From a virus, in IMG/VR virus record IMGVR_UViG_3300044742_000148: a stretch of DNA of 56,995 bases; one strand, given 5' to 3'. Made by a program: the position numbers and the translations under genes. Below the pieces are notes generated by a model. The model was not told the origin of the DNA. It saw only the letters and a list, made by a program, of their open reading frames with translations, and ran no database searches. Positions 24,916 to 34,804 of this stretch are shown piece after piece (position 1 is the stretch's first letter; each line of letters starts with the position of its first letter).

Positions 24916-25254
24916 GTGGCCGGGCCCTCACCGTTGCTCGTCCGACACGACGTGCCTGGGGCCCCGGGTCAACCCCTGGGCCGCCTCCACTCCACCCGAG
25001 CTCTCGACGCCTCATGCTGGTGCAGCCCGTGCTGGGAGGGCATCTGGGTCGTGCACCACGAGACGTGCCCGGGCTGTCGTGGCTACGGCCTCCACGAGGA
25101 GCGTGGCCTTGTGTTCGACAAGCCGTGCCGGGAGTGCCGGGGGGTAGGGTTCTTCCCATGCGCCTCGCCCAAGGGTTCGCCTTCCTCGCCGCCGTCGTCG
25201 GTTACCTCGTGCTGTACCGGGCCCGAGCCCGAACGGGCAGGTAGCGGGGCGTAG
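24916..25254 (+). CDS. DnaJ-type zinc-finger (CxxCxGxG x2) small protein
   Basis: CPGCRGYG and CRECRGVG. GTG 24916 follows ggtggggg. The 3' end is uncertain (see 25158..25244). Confidence 0.5.
   Translation: MAGPSPLLVRHDVPGAPGQPLGRLHSTRALDASCWCSPCWEGIWVVHHETCPGCRGYGLHEERGLVFDKPCRECRGVGFFPCASPKGSPSSPPSSVTSCCTGPEPERAGSGA
25158..25244 (+). CDS. Possible 28-aa TM peptide in the -1 frame, overlapping the zinc-finger gene tail
   Basis: MRLAQGFAFLAAVVGYLVLYRARARTGR. Its GC3 is clearly higher than that of the overlapping frame. Confidence 0.3.
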   Translation: MRLAQGFAFLAAVVGYLVLYRARARTGR

Positions 25255-25283
25255 ACGCCCGGGGCTAACCCGTGTTAGCCTGA
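25251..25283 (+). promoter_or_regulatory. Phage promoter/operator motif copy F (leaderless configuration)
   Basis: GTAGAC 25251..25256, GCTAAC 25264..25269, TAGCCT 25276..25281. 6 nt separate the -10 element from ATG 25288 and there is no RBS. Confidence 0.6.
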
Positions 25284-25287
25284 GGTC

Positions 25288-25518
25288 ATGACACCTCAGC
25301 CCACAGCGGCCCCCGCCTGGTACGCCGCCGAGTTCCGCACGTTCGCCGTCCGCATCGGCCGCAACCACCGCCACTACCTGTCGGTCAAGCAACTGGTCGA
25401 GAACCTGGGCGGCCACCGCTCGCCCGGCTCTGGCGGCTACTTCACGGTCACCTGCCACCCCGGCCACGTTGGCACCTTCGAGGCTTGCGGCGCCCGGGTC
25501 ACCGAGGCCGCCCGATGA
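25288..25518 (+). CDS. Hypothetical small protein
   Basis: ORF 25288..25518 starts directly after promoter copy F. Confidence 0.6.
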   Translation: MTPQPTAAPAWYAAEFRTFAVRIGRNHRHYLSVKQLVENLGGHRSPGSGGYFTVTCHPGHVGTFEACGARVTEAAR

Positions 25519-25883
25519 CTACGCACCTGCTCCCGCACGACGAGGCCCGAGAGGCCCGCATCGCCGCCCGTGTCGCCGCCCGAGCCGACCGGCCCACCCC
25601 CACCGGCCCCCGCACAGCTCCGTCCTGGCGGGCCATGCTGACCCTGGTCCGCACGCACGCCGGGCTCAACCCCCTCAACGCCTTCGCCCTCAGCGACAAG
25701 GCGTTCGCCGAGGCGCTGTGGACCGCTGGCGTCGGCCCCGAGCAGTGGAACACCATCGGCTACCTCGACCAGCAGGCCGCCATCGACGCCGAGTGCGAGA
25801 CGGTCGCAGACGCCCTGATCGCAGCCGGGTACCGCATCACGCAGGGCCCCCGGGGCGGGCTCCGCTTCGAGCGCCGTGGCTGA
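25515..25883 (+). CDS. Hypothetical protein
   Basis: ATG 25515 in an ATGA overlap. Internal start of ORF 25485..25883. Confidence 0.6.
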   Translation: MTTHLLPHDEAREARIAARVAARADRPTPTGPRTAPSWRAMLTLVRTHAGLNPLNAFALSDKAFAEALWTAGVGPEQWNTIGYLDQQAAIDAECETVADALIAAGYRITQGPRGGLRFERRG

Positions 25884-26220
25884 CGGGCTGCCCGGCCGCC
25901 CACGAGCTCTCCCCAACCCGCTCCCCCCGTCTCGCAACGACTGGTGGAAGGCCGGGGCCTGTGCGAACCACCGGCACCCGGAGTGGTTTACGGGCCCGTG
26001 CCACAACCCGGGCGGCCAGGGAGGCCGGGGCCCCCTCACCCGCAACGCCAACATGGCCCTCGTGGTTTGCGCCGCCTGCACGCAGCGCCGCCCGTGCCTC
26101 GCCGAGGCGCTGGAGTTCACCGAGCAGGTGGGCGTCTGGGGCGGCCTGACCGACCAGGAGCGCCGCCTGTACGAGCACGAGCGGGCCGTCATCCTCCGGG
26201 AGCGCTTCGGCTCTGCGTAA
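25876..26220 (+). CDS. whiB: WhiB-family transcriptional regulator
   Basis: Four Cys including CAACTQRRPC (CxxCx5C), plus the GVWGGLT turn motif. Confidence 0.85.
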   Translation: MADGLPGRPRALPNPLPPSRNDWWKAGACANHRHPEWFTGPCHNPGGQGGRGPLTRNANMALVVCAACTQRRPCLAEALEFTEQVGVWGGLTDQERRLYEHERAVILRERFGSA

Positions 26221-26231
26221 GATGCCGCCCG

Positions 26232-29200
26232 GTGGCACGGACCCGGGGGAAGCAGCAGCGTGACTTCGGCATCGTCGCCGCCGCTCAACGCATCAACCTC
26301 GCCGACAGGGCCGCCGCCCATAGGGCCGCCGCCGTCGCCCAACCCTGGCAGGCGGAGGCGTGGGAGGCGTATAACGAGGTCCCCGAGATCGGCGAGAGCC
26401 TGACCTACCGGGGCGACCTGATGGCGCAGCTGATCCTGTTCCCCGCTGTGGCCGACCCGGAGAACCCGGATGGCGACCCCATCCCCCTCGCCGACGAGAA
26501 GGTGGCCTGCCCCCCCGCCGTGCTCGAAGCGGCCACGGCAGAGCTCGCCCGTCTCCGCACGTGGGCTGGCGGCCAGGCCGAGATTCTGCGCCTCTACGAG
26601 ATCAACATGCAGGTCGCCGGGGAGCTGTACCTGGTCGGCTACGCCCCCGACGGAGACGAGCCCGAGGAGTACTGGGCGGTCGCCTCGACGCAGGAGGTGA
26701 AGGAGCAGGACGGGGAGTACACGGTCCTGGCGAAGCCGGGCGACACCGAGGGCCGCAAGCTGACCGCCAACGACTACATCGAACGGTACTGGACCCGTCA
26801 CCCGCAGTGGGCCGCTCTCCCCGACAGCCCGCTCCGCCGCCTCCGCACCGACACTCGGGCCGCCATCACCCTCAACGAGCAGGTGATCACCGAGGCGCTG
26901 TCGACGCTGCCAGCGGGCATGCTCCTCATCCCCAACGAGATTCAGTTCGAGTGGCCCGCCGGGTACACGCCGTCCGACAAGGACGCCGAGCGGAACCCGT
27001 TCGACGTCATGCTCGAGATGGCGATTCAGGACGGCATGGTGCCGGGGAGCTTCGCCAGCCAGTACCCGCTGACCGTCCACGGCGCCGCCGAGTTCTTGAA
27101 GGAGATCAGACGGGTCAGCCTCGCCCGTGAGGCCGACACCACCACGGAGGCCCGTCTCGCCGCCCGAGTGGACCGCATCGCCCGGGGCCTGCCGCTGCCT
27201 GTGGAGAAGGTCATGGGCCACCAGCAGACCACGTTCGCCAACGCCAAGCAGGTCGATCAGGACACCTTCGACGACTACCTGCGCCCGTCGGCCGTGTCGA
27301 TGGTGACGGCCATCACCTACTGCTTCTACCAGCCGCACCTGATCGAGAACCCGGCCATCCCGGAGGACTGGCAGAAGCGCATCGTGGCGTGGTTCAACCC
27401 GTCTGCCCTGATCGCCGACCCGGACCCGGAGGAGAGCGCCGACTTCGGCGTGACCGAGGGCCTCGTGAAGGCGGCCAGCTGGCGAGCGAAGCGTGGCTGG
27501 ACGGAGGAGGACGCCCCCGACGCCGAGGAGCTTCTGTTGCGGATGGCGTACCGCCGGGGTGCCATCGACCCGGGCCTGACCGCACAGCTCCTCCGTGACC
27601 TGGCCGCCGAGGTGGGCGTGGAGCTGAGCGTGGCCGAGACGCAGACGATCGCCGAGCAGAGCCCGCAGCAGGCCGCCGCTCTCCTGTTGAAGTGGCACCA
27701 GGCGAAGGCCCGTGGCGAGCCGCCCCCACATCTGACGCCCCGGCAGCCGCTGGCGCTGACGGCCGGGGCCACGACAGCGCCAAGGGTGATCGACGGAGGG
27801 CGAGAGCTCCTGGCGATTGACCAAGAGCTCCGGGTGCGGTGGCGGGCCGCCATGGACGCCGCCTTGGACCGGGAGCTGGAGCGGACAGCGAACAAGCTCC
27901 GCAACACCGCCCGCAAGCTCGGGGTGCTCAGCGCTCTGCAGGCTCGCCCCGAGGACGTCGCTCCTCTGCTCGGGCGAGCGGTGGTGGCCGCCGCCGGAGT
28001 GGAGTACGACTGGAGCCGTCTCCGACTCTCGTTCATGGGGCTTGGCCGCCGGGCCCAGGATCAGGCCGTGGATGCCGCTGGGCGCATCGCTGGGGGCTTC
28101 TCGACGGCCCAGCGGCAGACGCTGAAGCTGCGCCAGGCCGACGACCTCGGCACGGCGTGGAAGTGGGTCCAGCAGGCGATGACGGGCCTCGCCGATCTGC
28201 GCCTGTACGACCCGTCCACCGGCCAGTACACGGGGGTGGGCGAGAGCGACCCCACGAGCTTCATCCCGGCCGGGATGGTCCGCCAGGCGATGAACGTCGC
28301 CGGGGGGAGCCCGGTCCGGGTGCTCACCGACGAGACACTCCGGAACGGGGAGGCGTGGATCAGTGTCGGGGACCGGGTGGAGGGCATCGGCGTCGGGGAG
28401 CGCATCCGGGACGCCCTCGCCTCGGAGGGCGTGGAGGTCGTCCGGTACAGGTGGATCTACGGGCCCGCCATCCGCATGCACCCCTTCGAGCCCCACCAGC
28501 GCCTCGATGGCCTCGTGTTCGAGTCGTTCGAGGACGACCGCCTCGCCAACACCTACGGGTGGCCTGTCCGCTCGCACTTCCTCCCGGGCGACCACGGGGG
28601 CTGCGTCTGCGACGTGGAGCCGATCTTGGGCGCCCCACCCCCGGTCGAGGAGCCGCCCCCGCCGCCGCCCGTGCTCGGCAAGGAGACGGGCAAGGCCGTC
28701 CGAGGGTTCGACACGCCCCTGGAGGAGAAGCTCGCTCGCCGCTTCGCCGGGTGGCGCCGCCTCCGCAGCGTCGATCAGGAGCAGCTGGACGAGCTCAACG
28801 TGGCGTACAACGCCATTCGTCGCCACCCCAACTTCTCCGTGGCGAGCCCGACGGTGGAGACGGTCGCCAAGACGTTCCGGGGCCAGTTCAAGACGTTGCA
28901 GCTGACCAAGACTCGGGCCAAGACGCTCCTCACGACGACGCCCGAGAACCTGAACCCAACCCAGCTGGACGGCATCCTGGGAGACGCCACCCGCCTCGGC
29001 CTCGACCCGCAGGACATCGCCGACCAGGGGCTGGTGGTCGTAGCCAAGGTCGGCGACCGGGAGGTCGTAGCGTTCGGCTCCGAGCACCTGTGGGCCGCTC
29101 TCGAGCGTGGCGCCGCCGAGGAGTTCTACCCCAAGGTCCTGTACTGGAACGCCAAGATCGACGTGCCGCCGGGCGCTGACCTGGAGCGCCTGTTCCACGC

Positions 29201-30068
29201 CGACGACCTGACCCGTGTCCGCCAGGCCGCCGCCCGTGAGGCGAAGGCGACCCGTCTCGCCCTCGGCCTGGACGAGCCCACAGGCAAGGCCACGCCGGGC
29301 GCCAAGACGTCGGGCCTGGCAGCTCTCCCCCCGGCCGACCGGCCCGCCGCCGCCGCCGAACAGTTCGCCAAGCGCTGGGGCCGGGGTGGCGTCGGGGGCA
29401 CCAACGTGGACACCAAGGGCGCCTTCACGGGCATGTCGACCCGGGTCGCCAACGACGTCACCGACGAGCTCGACCGGATGATGCGAGCCCACCCCGTGAC
29501 CGCCGGCAAGCTCCGCTCCGTCCACACCGTCAAGCTCGGGAGCAACACGCACGCCCAGGCCAATCAGGCCACCCGGGAGCTCACGTTCAACAGCCAGTTC
29601 TACGGCTACGGCAAGGAGAAGCGTTTCCAGGAGACGTGGGAGGCGTGGAACCACCAGCCGGGCTCGGGGTGGAGCGCCTACGTGGAGGGCGCCGCCGAGC
29701 GCAAGATCACCCACGCCCGGTACACGACCACCCACGAGTTCGGCCATCACATCGACTACACCGCCCGAGACAAGCTCGGCGAGGACGCCTGGGATCAGCT
29801 CGTGCAGGACACCATCGAGGCCGACTGGCGCCGGGTGCGGGGCACCAAGGGCAAGCTCCGCCGGACCCAGGAGCGGAGCAGGGGCCGGGCGAAGCTGCCG
29901 CCGGAGATGGCCGCCCACGTCAAGGAGCATCTGTCCACGTACGCCACGACTAACCTCCGGGAGGTCATGGCTGAGGTCGTCGCCGAGGCGACCCTGTCCC
30001 TCAACCCCCGGCCTCTCGCCACCGCCCTGTACAAGCTCCTGTTGAAGCACGCAGAAGGAATCGCATGA
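26232..30068 (+). CDS. Portal protein fused to a MuF-like (SPP1 gp7) domain and a C-terminal HExxH domain (1278 aa)
   Basis: GTG 26232 is the first in-frame start after whiB. The N-terminus is portal-like. MuF signature [16 protein letters not shown] near 28584..28613. HEFGH at 29733..29747. Confidence 0.75.
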   Translation: MARTRGKQQRDFGIVAAAQRINLADRAAAHRAAAVAQPWQAEAWEAYNEVPEIGESLTYRGDLMAQLILFPAVADPENPDGDPIPLADEKVACPPAVLEAATAELARLRTWAGGQAEILRLYEINMQVAGELYLVGYAPDGDEPEEYWAVASTQEVKEQDGEYTVLAKPGDTEGRKLTANDYIERYWTRHPQWAALPDSPLRRLRTDTRAAITLNEQVITEALSTLPAGMLLIPNEIQFEWPAGYTPSDKDAERNPFDVMLEMAIQDGMVPGSFASQYPLTVHGAAEFLKEIRRVSLAREADTTTEARLAARVDRIARGLPLPVEKVMGHQQTTFANAKQVDQDTFDDYLRPSAVSMVTAITYCFYQPHLIENPAIPEDWQKRIVAWFNPSALIADPDPEESADFGVTEGLVKAASWRAKRGWTEEDAPDAEELLLRMAYRRGAIDPGLTAQLLRDLAAEVGVELSVAETQTIAEQSPQQAAALLLKWHQAKARGEPPPHLTPRQPLALTAGATTAPRVIDGGRELLAIDQELRVRWRAAMDAALDRELERTANKLRNTARKLGVLSALQARPEDVAPLLGRAVVAAAGVEYDWSRLRLSFMGLGRRAQDQAVDAAGRIAGGFSTAQRQTLKLRQADDLGTAWKWVQQAMTGLADLRLYDPSTGQYTGVGESDPTSFIPAGMVRQAMNVAGGSPVRVLTDETLRNGEAWISVGDRVEGIGVGERIRDALASEGVEVVRYRWIYGPAIRMHPFEPHQRLDGLVFESFEDDRLANTYGWPVRSHFLPGDHGGCVCDVEPILGAPPPVEEPPPPPPVLGKETGKAVRGFDTPLEEKLARRFAGWRRLRSVDQEQLDELNVAYNAIRRHPNFSVASPTVETVAKTFRGQFKTLQLTKTRAKTLLTTTPENLNPTQLDGILGDATRLGLDPQDIADQGLVVVAKVGDREVVAFGSEHLWAALERGAAEEFYPKVLYWNAKIDVPPGADLERLFHADDLTRVRQAAAREAKATRLALGLDEPTGKATPGAKTSGLAALPPADRPAAAAEQFAKRWGRGGVGGTNVDTKGAFTGMSTRVANDVTDELDRMMRAHPVTAGKLRSVHTVKLGSNTHAQANQATRELTFNSQFYGYGKEKRFQETWEAWNHQPGSGWSAYVEGAAERKITHARYTTTHEFGHHIDYTARDKLGEDAWDQLVQDTIEADWRRVRGTKGKLRRTQERSRGRAKLPPEMAAHVKEHLSTYATTNLREVMAEVVAEATLSLNPRPLATALYKLLLKHAEGIA

Positions 30069-30334
30069 CGAGTCTCGGCCCGCCGATCTGCATGAGCTGC
30101 GCCCGGATGGCCCGGGGACCTAATGCCGCCGTCGGGACGTGCGAGGCGTTCCCGGAGGGCATCCCCGACGACATCTGGCTCGGGGGCTACGACCATCGGC
30201 TGCCGTACCCGGGCGACGAGGGCGTCCTGTTCTCGCTGGCCCTCAGCCCCGACGCCGCCGCCGGGCTGGAGGCCTACGACGACTCGGGCCGGGCCGGGTC
30301 CGCCCAGATCGGCTACAAGGTCCCTCCCTCCTGA
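30065..30334 (+). CDS. Hypothetical small protein
   Basis: ATG 30065 in an ATGA overlap. CMSCARM...[19 protein letters not shown]. Confidence 0.6.
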   Translation: MTSLGPPICMSCARMARGPNAAVGTCEAFPEGIPDDIWLGGYDHRLPYPGDEGVLFSLALSPDAAAGLEAYDDSGRAGSAQIGYKVPPS

Positions 30335-30348
30335 CCGACGCCGGGCGT

Positions 30349-31944
30349 ATGCTCCCGGTCATGCCTCCGCAGCTTGCCCCTGCCCCGTTCCCTCTCGTCC
30401 GTCAGGCTGGCGCCGCCTGGGAGGTGCACGCAGGCGACGACGTCCTCGCCGTGCGAGACACCTACCCGGAGGCTGTCGCCTTCCTGGCTGACCTGGCCGC
30501 CGACGAGGGCGCCCCAACACCGAGCTCTGACGGCCTGTTGCCGGAGACGTGGACGGGCGAGGTGGCCATCGCCTACAACGAGCAGCCCGACCCGGAACGT
30601 GACTTCACGAACGTCAAGTGGGGGTGGCGTGACCCGGAGGCGAGCCTGGTCCCGCTCATGTTGCAGACCAGCACCGAGATGGGCCACTTCGGCGCCGAGC
30701 TCGCCGGGTTCATCCAGTCGTTCGAGCTGACCGGGACGGGCGAGCCGAACGCCACCGGCCGCTTCTACGACACCGAGGCTGGGCGCACCGCCCGGGGCCT
30801 GTTGCTCGGGGGCCGCAAGTTCGGCGTGAGCGTGGACCCGGACAGCGACACGACCGCCGACTACATGTGCATCGAGGAGGACGACGACGGGTTCTGCCAG
30901 GCGGCCATGTGGAGCTTCACGTACTACAGCATCGCCGGGCTGACCATGACGCCGTTCCCGGCCTTCGCCCGAGCCAACATCGTTCTGGCCGGGGCCGAGA
31001 CGGCCGACAGCTCCGCCCCTGAGGACACCGTGGAGGCCGCTCTGGAGGGCCTCGTTGCTGCGAGTGCAGCCCGCCCGGACCGGCGTGCCCGACCGCCCAA
31101 GGCGTGGTTCACGATGCCGGAGCCTGAGTTCGGCGACCCGCTCCTCGTGCAACAGGACCTCGCTGGGGAGCGGTGGGGCGTGCCCCTGACCATCACCGAG
31201 GAGGGCCACGTCTTCGGCCACCTGGCGCTGTGGGGCGAGTGCCTGCGGGTAGGCCGGGAGGACGTCTGCATCCAGCCGCCCGACAGCGCCCGGGCTTACG
31301 CCGAGTTCATGGTCTGCTCGACCCGCACCGCCGAGGGAGAGCTCGTGGCGACGGGCGCCATGGTGGTCGGCTGCCCGCACTACCCCGTCTCGGGCGTGGA
31401 CCGCTCCCACCCGTCCGTCGTGCGTGACTACTACGCCGAGGCCGGGCTGGGCTGGGCTGACGTGCGAGCGAGCTCTGGGGCGTTCGGCCCGTGGATCACC
31501 GGCCGGGTCCGCCCCGACGTGACCCTGGCGCAGCTGTCCGTCTTGCAGAGCGTCCCGCCCTCAGGCGACTGGTCGTTCTCCCCGGAGGACGGGGGCCTGG
31601 AGCTGTGCGCCATCCTGTCCGTCAACAAGCCCGGCTACCCGGTCCGCCGTGAGGCCATCGCCGCCGCCGCTCTCCCCGCTGACAGCCTCGCCGACGGCGC
31701 CTCCGTCGCAGCGCACCTGGTCGGCCGGACGGTCATGGCGCTGACCGGCGCCAACAGGGTGCGTCCGTGCCCCGAGTGCAACCAGAGGCACGCCGCTGCC
31801 CAGACGGCCACCAGCCGGGAGCTCGCCGCTCTCGCACGCATCGAGGCCCTCCTCCGGACCATCGACCGGCGCACCCTCCACTTGAACGGCGCCGCCATGC
31901 AGACGGCCCGGGCCCGTCTCTTTCCCCCGACCATCCGTGACTGA
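30349..31944 (+). CDS. Capsid maturation protease (putative, by position)
   Basis: Lies between the portal-MuF gene and the capsid gene. 531 aa. Internal ATG of ORF 30139..31944 (ATG 30361 is an alternative start). No catalytic residues identified with confidence. Confidence 0.5.
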   Translation: MLPVMPPQLAPAPFPLVRQAGAAWEVHAGDDVLAVRDTYPEAVAFLADLAADEGAPTPSSDGLLPETWTGEVAIAYNEQPDPERDFTNVKWGWRDPEASLVPLMLQTSTEMGHFGAELAGFIQSFELTGTGEPNATGRFYDTEAGRTARGLLLGGRKFGVSVDPDSDTTADYMCIEEDDDGFCQAAMWSFTYYSIAGLTMTPFPAFARANIVLAGAETADSSAPEDTVEAALEGLVAASAARPDRRARPPKAWFTMPEPEFGDPLLVQQDLAGERWGVPLTITEEGHVFGHLALWGECLRVGREDVCIQPPDSARAYAEFMVCSTRTAEGELVATGAMVVGCPHYPVSGVDRSHPSVVRDYYAEAGLGWADVRASSGAFGPWITGRVRPDVTLAQLSVLQSVPPSGDWSFSPEDGGLELCAILSVNKPGYPVRREAIAAAALPADSLADGASVAAHLVGRTVMALTGANRVRPCPECNQRHAAAQTATSRELAALARIEALLRTIDRRTLHLNGAAMQTARARLFPPTIRD

Positions 31945-31984
31945 CCGCTCCGGCATGGTGTACCTTCCCCGCTGACACCGAGCA

Positions 31985-32006
31985 GGGGGGCGCATAGACG
32001 CCCCCC
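31985..32006 (+). terminator. GC hairpin ggggggcg-cataga-cgcccccc between the protease and capsid genes (attenuator or terminator candidate)
   Basis: 8-bp perfect stem read directly. No U-tract follows. Confidence 0.3.
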
Positions 32007-32090
32007 AGCCGAGCGCCGGGCAGCACAGCTCCCGGGACTCCTGCTCCGTTCGCCGTCTCAACCGACCGCTGACGCAAACAGGAGATTCCC

Positions 32091-33836
32091 ATGCAGGTGC
32101 TGACCGAGCTTCTGGCCCGTGTGGCCCAGGGCCTCACCGAACTGACCGACGAGGAGCTGGCGCTCCTCCTGGACGAGGTTGTCTCCGAGGCTCTGGCCCT
32201 CGCCGAGACGGACGACAGCGACGAGGCGTTGACGCTGGTGCAGCAGGCCGTGGAGGCCCGCACTGCGATCGTCGCCGAGCAGACGCAGCGTGCAGCTGAC
32301 GCCGACGGCCGGGCGACCCGGGCCGCCGACCTCATCGCCGCCCTCAACGCCGGGCCCGACGACGACCCGGAGCCCGAGCCGGAGCCGGAGCCGGAGGAGC
32401 CCGAGGCCGAGGCGGCCGAGGCCACCGAGGCGGAGATCGCCGAGGTCGTCGCAGAAGCCGAGGAGGTCGTGCAGGAGGCCCTGGAGCCTGTTGCGGCGAG
32501 CTCTGCCCCTGTGGTGTCCCGTGTGGCAGCCCGCCGCCCGGCCAGCCGGGCCGTCTCCCGTGCGCAGGCCCGCCCGGCCCGCCAGGTCGGCTCCGTCGCA
32601 GAGTGGGGCCTCGTGGCCTCCGCCAACGCCCCCGGCACGGTCAACGCCGGAGCGCCTGTCCGCACCGAGGTGGAGCTCGCCGACATGTTCCTGGAGGCTT
32701 GGGCCGCCAGCGAGAGCTACCGGGGCCCGTCCACCTACATCAAGCTCGCCCGTGCAGGCCAGCTCGCCTCTCCCCGCACGTTCGGGGCGGCCCGCTTCCT
32801 CGACCGGGACGAGACGGGCAACGGCCGCAAGATCAGGGACGTGACCAGCGCCGAGGCCATCACGGCCGCCGGGGGCATCTGCGCCCCGGTCGAGGTGCGC
32901 TACGACATCCCGTTCGTCGGCTCGACCGAGCGCCCCGTCAGGGACGCCCTCGTCCGCTTCGGCGCTGACCGTGGTGGTGTCCGCACCATCCCGCCGGCAG
33001 TCATGAGCGAGTTCGAGGCTGGCGTGGACCTGTGGACCGAGGCGAACGACGTCAACCCCACCGACCCGACGGTCAAGCCGTGCCTCGTGATGACCTGCCC
33101 CGAGGAGGAGGAGACGGTCGTTGACGCCATCACCAAGTGCTTGGAGATCGGCAACTTCCGGGCCCGGTACTTCCCCGAGCAGGTCGCCGAGTGGACCCAG
33201 ATGCTGTCCGTCTGGCAGGCCCGCTTCGCCGAGCAGAACCTGATCACCCAGATCGCCGCTGGCTCCACCGACATCTCCGTCGGCCAGGTGCTCGGCACGG
33301 TCCGGACGATCCTGGCCTCGCTCGCCCGGGAGATCGCCGCCGTGCGGTACCGCTACCGGATGCCTCGGAGCTTCCCCCTGCGCCTCCTGTTCCCGGAGTG
33401 GATCTACGAGAACATGAAGGCCGACCTGATCCGGCAGATGCCGGTCGGGACGCTCGAGGAGACGCTGGCCGTCGCCGACAGCACGCTGGATCGGTTCTTC
33501 GCCGCCCTCAACATCCGCATCACCCTCATGAAGGAGGGCGAGACGGGCCAGGGCTTCGGAGCGCAGGGCGACGGGACGCTCAACCCGTGGCCGTCCACGG
33601 TCATCGGCTACATCTTCCCCGAGGGCACGTGGCTGTTCCTCGACGGGGGCACGCTGGACCTGGGCATCTACCGGGACAGCGGCCTGATCGAGACGAACGA
33701 TTACCGCATGTTCTCGGAGACGTTCGAGGCCGCCCACTTCCACGGGCAGTTCTCCCACCGCTTCATCTTCGACATCTGCCCGGACGGCTCGGCGTCGGCT
33801 CTGATCGACATCGACCCGTGCACGCTGGGTAGCTGA
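32091..33836 (+). CDS. Major capsid protein with an N-terminal acidic coiled-coil (scaffold/delta-like) domain
   Basis: RBS aggag before ATG 32091. 581 aa. The acidic PEPEPE/EAEA region is followed by an HK97-like body (AAGGICAPVEVRYDIPF). Position follows the protease. Confidence 0.75.
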   Translation: MQVLTELLARVAQGLTELTDEELALLLDEVVSEALALAETDDSDEALTLVQQAVEARTAIVAEQTQRAADADGRATRAADLIAALNAGPDDDPEPEPEPEPEEPEAEAAEATEAEIAEVVAEAEEVVQEALEPVAASSAPVVSRVAARRPASRAVSRAQARPARQVGSVAEWGLVASANAPGTVNAGAPVRTEVELADMFLEAWAASESYRGPSTYIKLARAGQLASPRTFGAARFLDRDETGNGRKIRDVTSAEAITAAGGICAPVEVRYDIPFVGSTERPVRDALVRFGADRGGVRTIPPAVMSEFEAGVDLWTEANDVNPTDPTVKPCLVMTCPEEEETVVDAITKCLEIGNFRARYFPEQVAEWTQMLSVWQARFAEQNLITQIAAGSTDISVGQVLGTVRTILASLAREIAAVRYRYRMPRSFPLRLLFPEWIYENMKADLIRQMPVGTLEETLAVADSTLDRFFAALNIRITLMKEGETGQGFGAQGDGTLNPWPSTVIGYIFPEGTWLFLDGGTLDLGIYRDSGLIETNDYRMFSETFEAAHFHGQFSHRFIFDICPDGSASALIDIDPCTLGS

Positions 33837-33848
33837 CCCAAGGCGAGA

Positions 33849-33890
33849 CGGCCCCGGGGGACCAGAGCTGGAGGGCTCCCCCCCGGGGCC
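33849..33890 (+). terminator. 12-bp GC stem-loop just after the capsid gene
   Basis: cggccccggggg (33849..33860) pairs with cccccggggccg (33879..33890) across an 18-nt loop. No U-tract follows. Confidence 0.45.
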
Positions 33891-33922
33891 GACCCGTACC
33901 CGCCGACCGCCAGGAGGCCTGA

Positions 33923-34804
33923 GTGGCGCAGTCGCAGACCAACATCACTGCCATCCCCGCCGACCCGCCCCGATACGGCCTGATCCAACAGCTCCTCCGT
34001 GACACCCCCGACGAGCTCCGGGACCGCTTCGTGCAGGGCTGGACGTTCCTGCCGGAGGGCTGCGACCCGTCTGGCGCCGAGCCGGTCATCTGCGCCACCT
34101 CGACGGCTGAGGTGGACGGTGGAGACGGCCCGGCCGTCATCGCCGGGCAGCCCGTTTGGCTGTGGGCGGAGGACAGCTGCTCCACGTTCGGCTTCATGAG
34201 CCGAGACTGGAACGGCCGGGTCCGCCGGGCTCTCGACGCCAAGCAGTCGTACGACCTCGCCCGGGAGCTCTGGGAGGGCGTCGCCAGCCAGATCGGCGGG
34301 CTGGGCAACATGTACCTGAGCGCCCCGGACGCCAACATCGTCACGTCAGGCGCCTTCGCTGTGGCCAAGGGCGTCGGCTGCCTGGAGGCCGCCCTCGCCA
34401 CCGGCCTCGCCGGGCAGCCCGGCCTCATCCACATCACGCCCCAGGCGCTCATGCACCTCGTCACCATGAACGCTGTCCGCTTCGACTCCGGCACGTGGCG
34501 CACCCCGCTCGGGACGGCCGTCATCGCCGACGCCGGGTACTCGGGCGCCGGGCCCGGCAACGAGCCCGCCGGGGACACGCAGTGGGCCTACGCCACGCCG
34601 ATGATCCGGGTGCACCTCGCCGAGGTCATCGTCCGCCCGAGCTCGACCGACGACCGGGAGCAGCTGGCCGCCGCCATGAACATCGGCACGAACCTGATCA
34701 CCGTGCGGGCTGGGCGTCTCGCACAGCTCGTGTGGGCGTCCGAGTGCGTCCACGCCGCCGCCGAGCTCGACCTGCCGGTGTGCGGCTACGGGACGGGCTC
34801 GTGA
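33923..34804 (+). CDS. Virion structural protein, possibly a second capsid-fold protein
   Basis: RBS aggagg before GTG 33923. 293 aa. Position directly follows the capsid gene. The fold assignment is only an impression. Confidence 0.55.
   Translation: MAQSQTNITAIPADPPRYGLIQQLLRDTPDELRDRFVQGWTFLPEGCDPSGAEPVICATSTAEVDGGDGPAVIAGQPVWLWAEDSCSTFGFMSRDWNGRVRRALDAKQSYDLARELWEGVASQIGGLGNMYLSAPDANIVTSGAFAVAKGVGCLEAALATGLAGQPGLIHITPQALMHLVTMNAVRFDSGTWRTPLGTAVIADAGYSGAGPGNEPAGDTQWAYATPMIRVHLAEVIVRPSSTDDREQLAAAMNIGTNLITVRAGRLAQLVWASECVHAAAELDLPVCGYGTGS

Noticed and set aside
25437-30050. 1537-aa minus-strand ORF, and similar long antisense ORFs at 17342..19342, 32058..33758, 38262..40019 and 48112..50490
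   Set aside because: These are shadow ORFs typical of high-G+C DNA. Their translations are Arg/Gly/Pro/Leu-rich with no motifs. They lie antisense to + strand genes with clear portal, terminase, capsid, glycosyltransferase and tail features and start-stop coupling.
32365-32440. Short-period DNA repeat (gagccggagccggagccggag...gaggccgaggcggccgaggcc) considered as a tandem repeat or CRISPR-like array
   Set aside because: It lies inside the capsid gene and encodes an acidic low-complexity PEPEPEPEPEEPEAEAAEATEAE linker. It has no spacer-repeat architecture.
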